A stretch of 64,000 nt of DNA from Victivallales bacterium (lineage in GTDB: Bacteria; Verrucomicrobiota; Lentisphaeria; Victivallales; GWF2-38-69): NCBI GenBank assembly GCA_965228125.1, contig OZ245791.1, positions 961,596-1,025,595 of the forward strand. The letters are read 5' to 3'. A program made the translations under genes and the position numbers. Positions 10,452 to 20,273 of this stretch are shown here, one piece after another. Position 1 is the stretch's first letter. Every line of letters starts with the position of its first letter. Under the pieces are notes generated by a model, which had not been told where the DNA came from, searched no databases, and worked only from the letters and a program-made list of their open reading frames with translations.

Positions 10452-11570
10452 ATGAACCCACAAATATCCAGATCTAGTTACGTTTCAAAAAATGTAGGAG
10501 ATTTTCCAAAAGAAATTGAGCTTGACGGGGTAAAATATGTTAAAGTAGATGACCTCAGGTACGGGACAAATCCTCATCAACCTGCCTCATTCTATGTACC
10601 TTCTGGCTCTTCATCGCCTATAGGCAATTTGAAGGTCATAAAGACAGGAAAAAGCGGGCTTTCTCAAACGAATTTGGAAGATATTTCGTACTCTCTTAAT
10701 ATCGTGAAGTTCTTCGACACCCCTGCATGTGCAATAATGAAACATGTCAATCCCAGCGGCGTGGCAGTCTCCCTGAAAAACGAAACAGTCAGGGAAATTT
10801 ATATCAAAGCCAGAGATTGCGATCCAAGAGCGGCTTTCGGAAGTACGGTCGGCTTTAATTGCCATATAGATGATTCTGCAGCTGAAGACATTATGTCCAC
10901 TTTTGTCGAGTGCGTAACAGCTCCGTCTTTTTCAGACAAAGCTCTAGCTGTTTTTAATGACTCGGCAAGGTTTAAGCTCAACAGCAATATCCGAATTATT
11001 CAATGCGGAAATCTTTTAGAATTGCCCAGATTTGTCGGGGAAGCTGAAAAAAAACACAGAACGCTCAAAACTTTAGCCGATGGCTCGATTGTAATTGCCG
11101 AACCTCTCCTTACTAATCTTAGAAGCGTTGAAGATATTCGTGTCGCTGAAGCCGAAAACTCAAGGTTAGGAAAACAGAAATCAAATATTACTGCTACAGC
11201 AGCACAACTCAGGGATCTGCTTGCTGCATGGTACGTAAACATCAGTGTCCGCTCAAATGGAGTAGTAATTTTCAAAAATGGCGAAACTCTTTCTATCGGA
11301 ACAGGAGAACAAGATAGAGTAGGAGCTGTAGAACAGGCTATTGAGAAGTTTAATCAGAAATACAAAGGAAAAGAATCAATTGCAGGCTCTGTGATGTCCA
11401 GCGATGGTTTCTTCCCGTTCGCTGACGCAGTAGAAGTTGCCGCAAAAGCAGGAGTCAAAGCCGTAATAGCTCCTGCAGGTTCATTGAGTGATGCGGATGT
11501 AATTAAGAGAGCTAACGAATTAGGCATAGCCCTTACTTATGCCCCTGAGCGCATTTTTTCACATCATTAA
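10452..11570 (+). CDS. purH: AICAR formyltransferase domain-only PurH homologue (no MGS-like IMP cyclohydrolase domain)
   Basis: 372 aa. LRYGTNPHQ, MKHVNPSG (KH catalytic pair). C-terminal SSDGFFPFADAVEVAAKAGVKAVIAPAGSLSDADVI...FSHH matches the PurH C-terminus. About 200 N-terminal residues of bifunctional PurH are absent. Confidence 0.8.
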   Translation: MNPQISRSSYVSKNVGDFPKEIELDGVKYVKVDDLRYGTNPHQPASFYVPSGSSSPIGNLKVIKTGKSGLSQTNLEDISYSLNIVKFFDTPACAIMKHVNPSGVAVSLKNETVREIYIKARDCDPRAAFGSTVGFNCHIDDSAAEDIMSTFVECVTAPSFSDKALAVFNDSARFKLNSNIRIIQCGNLLELPRFVGEAEKKHRTLKTLADGSIVIAEPLLTNLRSVEDIRVAEAENSRLGKQKSNITATAAQLRDLLAAWYVNISVRSNGVVIFKNGETLSIGTGEQDRVGAVEQAIEKFNQKYKGKESIAGSVMSSDGFFPFADAVEVAAKAGVKAVIAPAGSLSDADVIKRANELGIALTYAPERIFSHH

Positions 11571-11574
11571 TAAT

Positions 11575-13059
11575 TCAGTTGGACAGGAAGCACCACTCAT
11601 CGCCTTTTACTTTCAGGGTTTTTACAATGTCGTACTGTTTCAAATCCTCGGAATAAGGAGCAAGGACACAGACATCTTTTTTTGCCATAACCTCGGCTAA
11701 TTCCTTGTTGCTATTTAATACAGGGACATTTTTATTCAGGTAATAGTTAATGGCTCCTCGCATATACTCCGTTTCCGAATAGAGATATAGGTTTTTCTGT
11801 TTCAAATCAGACTTTTTATAGTAATTGAAGATTGTTATACATGTATATTTTTTATTGTTTGCGAAAGCGACAATCAGCCCTGCTGTAACAAATCCGACTA
11901 ACAGAAGGGCTGAGACTGCGAGGGTTATTTTTTTCCAGTTAAACTTACTTAGGAATTCGACTTTCGTAATCAGATTTTCAATCAGAAGCGCCATAATTAC
12001 TGCAGTTGCAGGATAAAGAGGCAATAAGTAAACAGGGCGTTTGCCTGTCGATAGACTGAAAAGAAGGAAGGGGAAAATTATCCAGCAGAAAAGAAAGCGA
12101 TTATCTCTGTTTAATGGGAACTTAATTTTTTTGTAGATCATAAAAGCTGCTACAATTCCGAGAACTACAGTCCAGGGGAGGAATTGTTCGGGTAACTTAC
12201 CAAGGTAATACCAAGCTGGGTTTTCGTGTTGCTTGTATGAACCGAAAAATCTTCCGAATGTGTTGATTACTGCTACAGTATGAACCGCATCATATCCGAA
12301 TTTCTCATACAATTGGAGCATCCAGAGCCCCACAGGGATAAATGAAAGAATGGAGCAGAGGATTAAGCTAATCCAGGATTTCAGATAAATGGATTTATTA
12401 AGTATTGATTCAATTAGCAGCCAAAAGAAAAGAGCGCAGGAAGGGACAGCTAAGCCAAGCAACGATTTAGTCATTATTCCGAAGCCAAATGAAGCTATCA
12501 AAATTAAACACCAAATGAATATTTTAGAGAATTTTTCTTTGTTTAGGAATGAAGTGTGGATTGTGTAGAAAGAATACATTGAAGCAACAATGAAAAAACA
12601 AAGCATCATATCTACCAAACATCTGTTGCCTATAGACCAGAACTGTCCTGTGGTTGCTGCTATTATTCCAGCCATAAAAGCTGTGATGGGTTCATGCCCC
12701 ATTTTTCTTACAAGAACAAAAATCAGAAGCACTGAGAAAATAGCGCACAAAGCCGAGGACAATCTTGAGGCAAAAAGAGTCTTGCCGATAATCTTGTATG
12801 ATATTGCAGTAGTCCAATAATAGAGCGGAGGGTATTCAAGGAACTCTTCTCCATTCAGATATGGCATAGCGTACTCTCCTGTTCTAGCCATATTGGCGGA
12901 AATACCTGCCACACGGGTTTCATCAGTTTTCCATAACTCCTTAAACCCTATAGCGCTTAGGTAGATAACAGCCGAAAAAATTAACAGGAATACAAAACAT
13001 TGCCTGCTTGTAAGGACGTTGTTATTCAAACTCTTGTCTCCTTTTGTAGTTAAAATCAA
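11575..13059 (-). CDS. GT39/GT83-type (ArnT/PMT_2-like) polyprenyl-phosphate-sugar-dependent glycosyltransferase
   Basis: 494 aa polytopic membrane protein. N-terminal loop TDETRVAGISANMARTGEYAMPYLNGEEFLEYPPLYYW resembles the ArnT/PMT signature. Confidence 0.75.
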   Translation of the reverse strand: MILTTKGDKSLNNNVLTSRQCFVFLLIFSAVIYLSAIGFKELWKTDETRVAGISANMARTGEYAMPYLNGEEFLEYPPLYYWTTAISYKIIGKTLFASRLSSALCAIFSVLLIFVLVRKMGHEPITAFMAGIIAATTGQFWSIGNRCLVDMMLCFFIVASMYSFYTIHTSFLNKEKFSKIFIWCLILIASFGFGIMTKSLLGLAVPSCALFFWLLIESILNKSIYLKSWISLILCSILSFIPVGLWMLQLYEKFGYDAVHTVAVINTFGRFFGSYKQHENPAWYYLGKLPEQFLPWTVVLGIVAAFMIYKKIKFPLNRDNRFLFCWIIFPFLLFSLSTGKRPVYLLPLYPATAVIMALLIENLITKVEFLSKFNWKKITLAVSALLLVGFVTAGLIVAFANNKKYTCITIFNYYKKSDLKQKNLYLYSETEYMRGAINYYLNKNVPVLNSNKELAEVMAKKDVCVLAPYSEDLKQYDIVKTLKVKGDEWCFLSN

Positions 13060-13877
13060 TCCAGAGAATTGTCGTTCAGAATTTGTTCGAACTCTAAAGC
13101 CTTTAATTCTTTCATTATACGGTTGTATGCTTTAGGAGTTCCTGTCCGTTTCCCGCCAAGCTCAGGATTTAGAATCATAGTAGCATGATTGAGGTGCTTT
13201 ATGTAATTAATAAGTTCATTAGATGGCAAAAACAGCATTTCATATCCGGCATCAATAAGCTTCCTGTGAAGGACCCTTCCGGCTGTGTCAGCGCCATCAA
13301 AAAAGCATGTATTGCACTTCCTGATCACATCGGTTCTGTAAAGCGCGCAATGGCTTCTGAGATAGAGATAATTATCGCCAACCCCTTCAATTTTGTGATC
13401 CTTCTTACGGAGGATTTTAGTTTGAACGAACGTCTCTACAGATTTACCGAATTCTTTGAGAAATGACATTTGTTCAAGTTTCCAACTCCCTACTCCGGCA
13501 ATCTTGTCGGACGCTTCAATTTTGCCTAAAAGGAAATCGAGCCAGTTGTCATTTATTACAAAGGTATCAGTATGTATAGATAGGACAAAAGGTGTATCAA
13601 CTTGCGATAGTCCCATATCCAAAGCCCTTGCATGCATAGGAGCCGGGTCTTCTTTATCAGTGAATTTGCGTTCTATAAGATTGATCCATTTAATTGAGCG
13701 CAGGTATTCGAGCGATTCATCAGCCGAATTGTTATCTATTACTATAACTTTTATTCTGCTTAGATCAGTGTGTTTTTTAATTAGTCTTAGGCAGAGTTTA
13801 GCTAGTTGCAGGGTTTTATAATGAGGTATAAGAATAGTTAATTTAGGCTTACTTGACAGAGTATTTTGACTTTCCAT
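13056..13877 (-). CDS. Family 2 glycosyltransferase
   Basis: 273 aa. LTILIPHYKT...VIVIDNNSADES...HTD. 4-nt overlap with the downstream GT39 gene. Confidence 0.75.
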   Translation of the reverse strand: MESQNTLSSKPKLTILIPHYKTLQLAKLCLRLIKKHTDLSRIKVIVIDNNSADESLEYLRSIKWINLIERKFTDKEDPAPMHARALDMGLSQVDTPFVLSIHTDTFVINDNWLDFLLGKIEASDKIAGVGSWKLEQMSFLKEFGKSVETFVQTKILRKKDHKIEGVGDNYLYLRSHCALYRTDVIRKCNTCFFDGADTAGRVLHRKLIDAGYEMLFLPSNELINYIKHLNHATMILNPELGGKRTGTPKAYNRIMKELKALEFEQILNDNSLD

Positions 13878-14104
13878 AGGGGTTTGTCCTGTTTTTTATT
13901 TTAAAAAACTTTACGAACGATAACTAAATTATACACAAAACAAAAGGAAAGGTAACTGCGAAACAGTATTTTTGACAATTGTAGAAGAATCAAATAACAT
14001 ATTCATACTTTGATTAGCTAACTTAATAGGCTTTACTTCAAATAAAGCCTGTACTAAAATCTCGAATAACATTTTAAAACTTTAGATCTGAAGAGAAAGA
14101 TATT

Positions 14105-14833
14105 ATGTTCGCAAAAATATTATGCAGGCTATTTGTTTGTGCTTTTGCATCTTGTGTTGTTTCTTCTTGTACCTGCGAACAATTTGGATATCCAGCAAAT
14201 GGCTCCTTTATGACAGAAGTATCCCTTATACCTCTTATCGACAAAACCGTAGAGGTTATTCCGTTTCAAGACTACAGGGCGGTTGATTCGAATACAAACA
14301 TGTATATACTTTGGTTAATACCCTGTTTCCCTTATGGTTACGGAGTTTATGAACGCCCTGAAAAAGCTAACTTTTTTACATCAATTAGCAAATACAAATT
14401 TGACCCGCCTGCGGATTTAGCCAGAGCTGCTTCAACTAGTTTTCAGTTATCCAACCTTTTCAAAAATGTACAATACAGCAATATTCAGGGGGAATATAAG
14501 GCTGACTACATTCTAAGCGGTAAAATTTACTCGACACAATACACAGGAAGAAGGTTCTCTTACTGCACATCTTTTCTAAACACTATATTCTGGACTTTGG
14601 GCGCTCCTCTTGGAACATCATATAACCGTATGGCATTTTCTGTATTCCTTAAGAACCGGAACGGCGATATCATCTGGCAATATTCCGGCGACAAAAACGA
14701 TTATGTGGTTGAGTGGATTTATGATTCTCATGACGACTGCAGTATGTATCCTGCACTAACTAACCAAATTCTTAATGAAGCAATTATGGACCTTTACAAC
14801 AATTCCATAGCTAACCCGAATTTACTAAAATAA
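14105..14833 (+). CDS. Hypothetical lipoprotein
   Basis: 242 aa. Signal peptide with FASC lipobox-like site. No domain recognised. Confidence 0.6.
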   Translation: MFAKILCRLFVCAFASCVVSSCTCEQFGYPANGSFMTEVSLIPLIDKTVEVIPFQDYRAVDSNTNMYILWLIPCFPYGYGVYERPEKANFFTSISKYKFDPPADLARAASTSFQLSNLFKNVQYSNIQGEYKADYILSGKIYSTQYTGRRFSYCTSFLNTIFWTLGAPLGTSYNRMAFSVFLKNRNGDIIWQYSGDKNDYVVEWIYDSHDDCSMYPALTNQILNEAIMDLYNNSIANPNLLK

Positions 14834-14872
14834 TTTTTTGACGACGAAATAAAAATAATAGGGATATTTTTT

Positions 14873-16192
14873 ATGAGTAAAACAAAAACAGTGCAGTATT
14901 CGGACGGTTATCTGGACAAAACCCCTATTTTTCAATTTATTCTTCTTTCATGCCTTTTCCCGCTGTGGGGAGCTGCGGCAAGTTTGAATGATATTCTCAT
15001 CACCCAATTCAAGAGTATTTTTGCGTTGAGCGATTTCGCTTCAGCGTTAGTGCAGAGCGCATTTTATGGAGGTTATTTTATTATTGCAATACCGGCATCT
15101 CTCGTGATTAAAAATACGACCTATAAGTTTGCTATTTTAACAGGCCTGACTTTCTACATAGTTGGATGCGCACTTTTTTTCCCAGCTTCAAAAATGGCTA
15201 CTTATACGATGTTTCTAGTTGCTATTTTTGCTATCGCTATAGGGTTAAGTTTTCTTGAAACAGCCTCCAATACATACAGTTCTATGATAGGGCCTCAAAA
15301 ATACGCCACACTTCGACTTAATATCAGCCAGACTTTCTATCCTATAGGAGCGGCTCTTGGTATTATCCTTGGTAAATACCTTGTTTTTCAAAAAGGCGAA
15401 AGCCTTCACAATCAGATTGCCGGAATGTCTGGAGAAAAACTCCGCTTATTCAAACTTGAAACACTTCAGCATACTCTTCAACCTTATACGTATCTAATTT
15501 ATATATTACTAGCAGTAGCGATACTTTTTCTGATCACAAAATACCCGAAATGCAAAGTTCAAAAAACTCTGGAGAACAAAAAAGAATTGCACCCCGGAAC
15601 AATGGAAACTCTTCGTTATCTCTGTACTAACAAGCGTTTCCGCAAGGGCATAATAGCCCAGTTCCTATATGTGGGAATGCAGGTAACTGTCTGGTCATTT
15701 ACCTTGCGTCTGGCATTGAACATCGACAAAACTATCAATGAACGCGATGCTTCGACCTTTATGATATACAGCTTTGCGGCGTTCTTTGCAGGGAAGTTTA
15801 TCGCAAATTTTCTGATGACAAAGTTCAAACCGATAAAAGTCCTACTAGTATATTCTATAATCGGTTCTCTTTTACTAGTTTATGTGATTTTAATACCGAA
15901 CATCACCGCCATTTACGCAGCTATTGCCGTCAGCGTATTGTTTGGCCCATGCTGGCCAACGATTTATGCCGAGAATCTGGCTGCCATAGATAACAAATAT
16001 ACCGAAATCGGCGGAGCCGTTATCGTCATGTCAATTGTTGGCGGAGCCGTAATACCCGCTGTACATGGTTTTGTGTCCGATACCATTCACTCAATGCAGC
16101 ATGCGTTTGTCGTCCCTCTATTGTGTTTTATGTATGTAGGATACTACTTCTATACTGAAATTAAAAACAGCAAAGCTCATGGGGAGAAATGA
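14873..16192 (+). CDS. fucP: L-fucose:H+ symporter permease (MFS, FucP family)
   Basis: 439 aa. Collinear with my recollection of E. coli FucP (…LNDILITQF…QSAFYGGYFIIAIPA…FLETASN…RLNISQTF…). Confidence 0.85.
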   Translation: MSKTKTVQYSDGYLDKTPIFQFILLSCLFPLWGAAASLNDILITQFKSIFALSDFASALVQSAFYGGYFIIAIPASLVIKNTTYKFAILTGLTFYIVGCALFFPASKMATYTMFLVAIFAIAIGLSFLETASNTYSSMIGPQKYATLRLNISQTFYPIGAALGIILGKYLVFQKGESLHNQIAGMSGEKLRLFKLETLQHTLQPYTYLIYILLAVAILFLITKYPKCKVQKTLENKKELHPGTMETLRYLCTNKRFRKGIIAQFLYVGMQVTVWSFTLRLALNIDKTINERDASTFMIYSFAAFFAGKFIANFLMTKFKPIKVLLVYSIIGSLLLVYVILIPNITAIYAAIAVSVLFGPCWPTIYAENLAAIDNKYTEIGGAVIVMSIVGGAVIPAVHGFVSDTIHSMQHAFVVPLLCFMYVGYYFYTEIKNSKAHGEK

Positions 16193-17208
16193 GTATGAAA
16201 GGAAGAATAGAACTTCAGAGAAATTTTTTCGACAAAGCCCCGTCTGTTATTTACCAGAGTGAGGATTTCATAATTTCAATGTTTCGTTACGATTCCGGGG
16301 TAGAAGGCCTTGAATTGAAAAACTCCAGGGGCAGAATGGTTGTCCTTCCTTATATGGGACAAATCATTTGGGATCTAGAGTTTGACGGAGTAAACATGAA
16401 GATGAAAAATATGTTTACGGAGCCCAAAAAAGCCGCCTGTATAATTGATACTTATGGGTGCTTTGCTTATCATTCTGGACTGATTAGAAATGGATGTCCA
16501 AGCCCGCAGGATGATCATATTTTACACGGAGAGATGCCTTGTGCCGAAATGGACAAAGCATGGCTTGAGATAACAAAAGACAGTGTCACAATAACAGGAA
16601 GCGTTGAATATGTAAAAGGTTTTGGTCATCGCTATATTGCTCAACCAGGCGCTACAATGTTTGCAGCTAAGTCTCATATAGAAATAAAAATGAATGTTAA
16701 AAATCTGGCAAGCATACCGATGCCGCTTCAATATATGTGCCATACAAACTATGCTTATTTAGCCCATGCCAAGCTAACACAAAATATCCCTGACTCAGGC
16801 ATTGTTCTTCGTGAAACAATCCCCGATCATGTTAAACCGACTCCAAAATGGATAGAATTCAATAACGAACTTCTCGCAAGTAAAGTTCCTATAAAAGTTT
16901 TAGACAAACCCGAAATGTACGACCCTGAGATAGTTTTCTTTGCTGACAGGTTAGATAAATATCAAAAGAAAGCTCATTTTGAAATGACTTCTCCTAGTGG
17001 AATTACTCTGTTTTCTGAATTTGATACTACAGACCTGAAGTATGCCACTCGTTGGATTCTGTATAATGGCGACCAGCAGGTTGGGGCCTTTGTTCTTCCT
17101 GCCACCTGCCGGCCTGAAGGTTTCCTTGCCGCTCAAAAAGCAGGAACTCTAATCATGCTCGCTCCGAATCAAGAGAAATCATTCCAAATCATCTCTGGCA
17201 AAAAATGA
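16189..17208 (+). CDS. Mutarotase-fold (aldose 1-epimerase-like, possibly DUF4432) protein
   Basis: 339 aa. ATGA overlap with fucP. The size and the ...DDHILHGE... block suggest an epimerase-like fold. The family call is from memory only. Confidence 0.4.
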   Translation: MSMKGRIELQRNFFDKAPSVIYQSEDFIISMFRYDSGVEGLELKNSRGRMVVLPYMGQIIWDLEFDGVNMKMKNMFTEPKKAACIIDTYGCFAYHSGLIRNGCPSPQDDHILHGEMPCAEMDKAWLEITKDSVTITGSVEYVKGFGHRYIAQPGATMFAAKSHIEIKMNVKNLASIPMPLQYMCHTNYAYLAHAKLTQNIPDSGIVLRETIPDHVKPTPKWIEFNNELLASKVPIKVLDKPEMYDPEIVFFADRLDKYQKKAHFEMTSPSGITLFSEFDTTDLKYATRWILYNGDQQVGAFVLPATCRPEGFLAAQKAGTLIMLAPNQEKSFQIISGKK

Positions 17209-17389
17209 TAAAACAGACAACGTAACTACAAAAGTCTAAAGTCGGATTTTAGCCTTGCTTTAATACAAAAAACATTGCGAATTCTGCTACTGTTCAATTT
17301 CAAATAAATGCTATTCTTGTCTAATTTTGAAATACATGGTATGGTAGTAAAAGAATATTGAGCAAGTAAAAATAAAAAAAAGAAAAATT

Positions 17390-18169
17390 GTGTCATTTAT
17401 GAAGACTAAAAACGAAATCACTAGAAATTGGCTTCCGAGATATACTGGTACCCCTCTTGAAGAATTTGGAGAGTACATACTCCTAACCAACTTCTCAAAA
17501 TATGTCAAAAATTTTGCAGACAAATTTAATGTCGAGATACGCGGTCTGGAAAACCCGATGCAGACAGCTACAGCCAACAATATTACCATTATCAATTTCG
17601 GAATGGGTAGCGCGATGGCAGCTACTATTATGGATCTTCTCTCGTCCATCAACCCAAAAGCTGCCCTGTTTCTAGGTAAATGCGGAAGTCTAAAAGAAAA
17701 GATAAAAGTTGGTGATATTATCCTGCCGATTGCTGCAATCAGAGGCGAAGGAAGCAGCAATGAATACCTACCTCCTGAAGTACCGGCCCTCCCCTCTTTC
17801 AGGCTTCAACAGGCGGTTTCCGCCATGATAAAAAAACATGATCTGGACTATTGGACCGGCACTATTTATACCACCAATAGAAGAGTTTGGGAGCATGATG
17901 ATCAATTCAAGAAATACCTGACCAAAATCAGAGTCGCCGGAATAGACATGGAAACCGCAACTATCTTTGTCGTTGGGTTCGCTAACACCATTCCCCGCGG
18001 TGCGTTGCTTCTTGTATCAGACTGCCCAATGACTCCCGAAGGAGTTAAAACAGAAGAAAGCGACAAGAATGTCAACAAGTATTATGTAGAAAAACACCTT
18101 GAAATAGGGATAGATTCCCTCATTGAACTTATCGATTCTGGAGAATCAGTCAAACACCTTAGATTCTAA
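17390..18169 (+). CDS. amn: AMP nucleosidase, catalytic-domain-only form (PNP_UDP_1 fold)
   Basis: 259 aa. Collinear with the C-terminal half of E. coli Amn (LLTNFSKYV, NFGMGSAMAAT, GKCGSL, GIDMETATI, LLLVSDCP, ...HLRF end). GTG start; alternative ATG at 17399. Confidence 0.75.
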   Translation: MSFMKTKNEITRNWLPRYTGTPLEEFGEYILLTNFSKYVKNFADKFNVEIRGLENPMQTATANNITIINFGMGSAMAATIMDLLSSINPKAALFLGKCGSLKEKIKVGDIILPIAAIRGEGSSNEYLPPEVPALPSFRLQQAVSAMIKKHDLDYWTGTIYTTNRRVWEHDDQFKKYLTKIRVAGIDMETATIFVVGFANTIPRGALLLVSDCPMTPEGVKTEESDKNVNKYYVEKHLEIGIDSLIELIDSGESVKHLRF

Positions 18170-18200
18170 ATACTATCTCCCCTCCCTTAAAAATAGAGAT

Positions 18201-18968
18201 TTATTTTATATCACATTGTGGTTTGATTTTAACGGTATCTTTCCCTTCGCCCTTCATTTTTCTTTTCTTCCTATTGAAATCATACCGCATTTTCAGGAGT
18301 TCCACTACTAAAGCAAAACCCATTGGAAGATATATATACTCCCTGGGCATGGATTTATGTATCCCTTCCATGAATATTGTCACGCCGATGGTTACAAGGA
18401 ACGCAAGCGCCAAAATTTTAATAGAGGCATGCCCTATAATAAATTCTCCGATCGGGCCGGCAAACCACAGTATAGCCATAAACGACAAAACAACGGCTGC
18501 AATAATAATCCATACATGATTGGTTAACCCTATTGCTGTGATTACAGAATCCACAGAGAAAACTATATCAAGCATAACTATCTGGGAAATAACAGATGCA
18601 AAACGATTCGAAACTTTGCAGGATTTCTCTTCGGTTTCCTCCTCCTTAAGTTCGACCGTAGAATGAATCTCTGATACAGCTTTCCATAAAAGAAAAAGCC
18701 CCCCAACAATCAATATCACATCTCTCATTGACAACCCGTAAATAATAGGATGTCTGAAGTCAGCAAGTTTGACCAATATGCAAATAAATAAAATTCTGGC
18801 AGCTAAAGCAAAAAGCAGGCCAAAAAACCTTGCTCTTTTTCTCTCATCGACGGAGAGTTTGCTTACAAAAATGGAAATAACCAGAACATTGTCAATACCA
18901 AGAACTATTTCTAATCCAAAAAGAAGCAATAATAATCCCAATGAATCAAGCATTCGATTAAACCTCAA
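18201..18968 (-). CDS. TerC-family integral membrane protein
   Basis: 255 aa, multi-TM. LEIVLGIDNVLVISI and second-half DSVITAIG motifs typical of TerC/YjbE. Confidence 0.8.
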   Translation of the reverse strand: MRFNRMLDSLGLLLLLFGLEIVLGIDNVLVISIFVSKLSVDERKRARFFGLLFALAARILFICILVKLADFRHPIIYGLSMRDVILIVGGLFLLWKAVSEIHSTVELKEEETEEKSCKVSNRFASVISQIVMLDIVFSVDSVITAIGLTNHVWIIIAAVVLSFMAILWFAGPIGEFIIGHASIKILALAFLVTIGVTIFMEGIHKSMPREYIYLPMGFALVVELLKMRYDFNRKKRKMKGEGKDTVKIKPQCDIK

Positions 18969-19049
18969 TTGTGTTTTAATGTGATTTAAGTAATAATATA
19001 TAATATCGTTTAAAACTGAAATTAACCTTATGAGTTCTCAGAGAGTTAT

Positions 19050-19784
19050 ATGGAATATATAGTTAAGGTCAACGGTAAAGAGTACGGACCAATTGAAGAT
19101 GACATCCTTGTCAGGTGGGTAGAAGATGGACGAGTTCTTTCTGATTCTCATGTAAGGAATTCAAAGCTTAATAACTGGAAAAGAGCTGATGATTTTGAAT
19201 TCCTTAGAGATGCTTTTAAAACGCAACAGGCAAGGTTTAAAAAAATTCTGGACAACACAGAAAATACAGCGTTTCCTTCAAACCCCACAAGAATATTGAA
19301 ACTGCTGCCTAAAGAGGATAAAAAGGACACCACAGGTGACTTTAAAAATAGCTTTCGCCCTGACAAGGCAGGAATTCTTGTAAGACTAAAAGCTGGAATA
19401 GCCGACCTCGTTTTTGTGTTTACCTTCTTTTACCTTTCACTCATCATTACCTCATATTTTGCCGAATCTCTAAATACCAATAACTTTGTTATAATTTGCC
19501 TTCTCATATTTTCCATTCATTTTTTTCTTGTACTGTTATATTTTGGAACAGCTTTGGGAGTATTCGCACAAACAGTCGGAATGTGGTATTATGGGCTGAT
19601 ACTCGTAAGAAATGGCGAAGAAGCAAATGAAGTTTTTCTCTTAAGGGCTTATTTCTATACAATTTTTATGTGTATTTTCTGGGTAATCTCCCCGATAATC
19701 AACTATATCCTAGGCAAGAAAAGAGCTCTCCATGACATAATTACTGACACACAAATAGTCAAAATATCAGCCCGAAAAATTTAG
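19050..19784 (+). CDS. GYF_2 (DUF4339) + RDD-family membrane protein
   Basis: 244 aa. N-terminal YIVKVNGKEYGPIEDDILVRWVEDGRV...W motif. C-terminal three-TM RDD-like region starting AGILVRLKAGIADLVF. Confidence 0.65.
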   Translation: MEYIVKVNGKEYGPIEDDILVRWVEDGRVLSDSHVRNSKLNNWKRADDFEFLRDAFKTQQARFKKILDNTENTAFPSNPTRILKLLPKEDKKDTTGDFKNSFRPDKAGILVRLKAGIADLVFVFTFFYLSLIITSYFAESLNTNNFVIICLLIFSIHFFLVLLYFGTALGVFAQTVGMWYYGLILVRNGEEANEVFLLRAYFYTIFMCIFWVISPIINYILGKKRALHDIITDTQIVKISARKI

Positions 19785-19913
19785 ACCTGTACTTTATAAA
19801 TCCGAAGAATTGTTTTTTATTAGTTTGCAACTTACTTGAAGCGCTTTATATTTTTCAGCTCTGTTGTTTAGAAAACTTCAAATATCATTTTTAGATACAT
19901 TAAGGAGAAAGAA

Positions 19914-20225
19914 ATGCATGCTGTAATTCTTACAGGCGGAAAGCAATATAGAGTTCAAGCGGAAGAAATTATCGATGTTGAGCTTATCGATGGCAATGAT
20001 GGTGACAAAGTTGAGTTTACCGAAGTATTATCTGTTGGCGATGGCGCAGATGTCAAATTCGGAAATCCTACAGTCAGCGGAGCTAAAGTAGAAGGCGAAA
20101 TAGTCAAGCACTTCCGCGGCGAAAAACTCATAGCTTTTAAATTCAAAAAACGCAAAGGCTACCACTTAAGAAAAGGTCACAGACAGAATCTGGTAAAAGT
20201 CAAAATCTCTAAGATTACCGCTTAA
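19914..20225 (+). CDS. rplU: 50S ribosomal protein L21
   Basis: 103 aa. MHAVILTGGKQYRV... TAAGGAG RBS. Confidence 0.95.
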   Translation: MHAVILTGGKQYRVQAEEIIDVELIDGNDGDKVEFTEVLSVGDGADVKFGNPTVSGAKVEGEIVKHFRGEKLIAFKFKKRKGYHLRKGHRQNLVKVKISKITA

Positions 20226-20242
20226 CAATCCCGAATTTTGCG

Positions 20243-20270
20243 AGGCGCATTAATTTGCGCCTTTTTCGTT
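20243..20270 (+). terminator. Rho-independent terminator after rplU
   Basis: Stem AGGCGCA / TGCGCCT, loop TTAATT, then TTTTCGTTTTT. It lies inside the 5' extension of the next ORF-track entry. Confidence 0.75.
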
Positions 20271-20273
20271 TTT

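Noticed and set aside
17297-17333. Inverted repeat ATTTCAAA-N21-TTTGAAAT upstream of amn.
   Set aside because: A purely A/T 8-mer in a very AT-rich spacer is expected by chance.
18170-18200. Looked for a terminator between convergent amn and terC-family genes, and likewise at 11571-11574, 45648-45649 and 54079-54164.
   Set aside because: No convincing stem-loop with a T-run. The gaps are 2-86 nt. Termination signals may lie within coding sequence or be Rho-dependent.
18969-19049. Possible Mn2+ (yybP-ykoY) riboswitch upstream of the TerC-family gene.
   Set aside because: Only 81 nt of very AT-rich leader, and none of the conserved G-rich riboswitch core segments are present.
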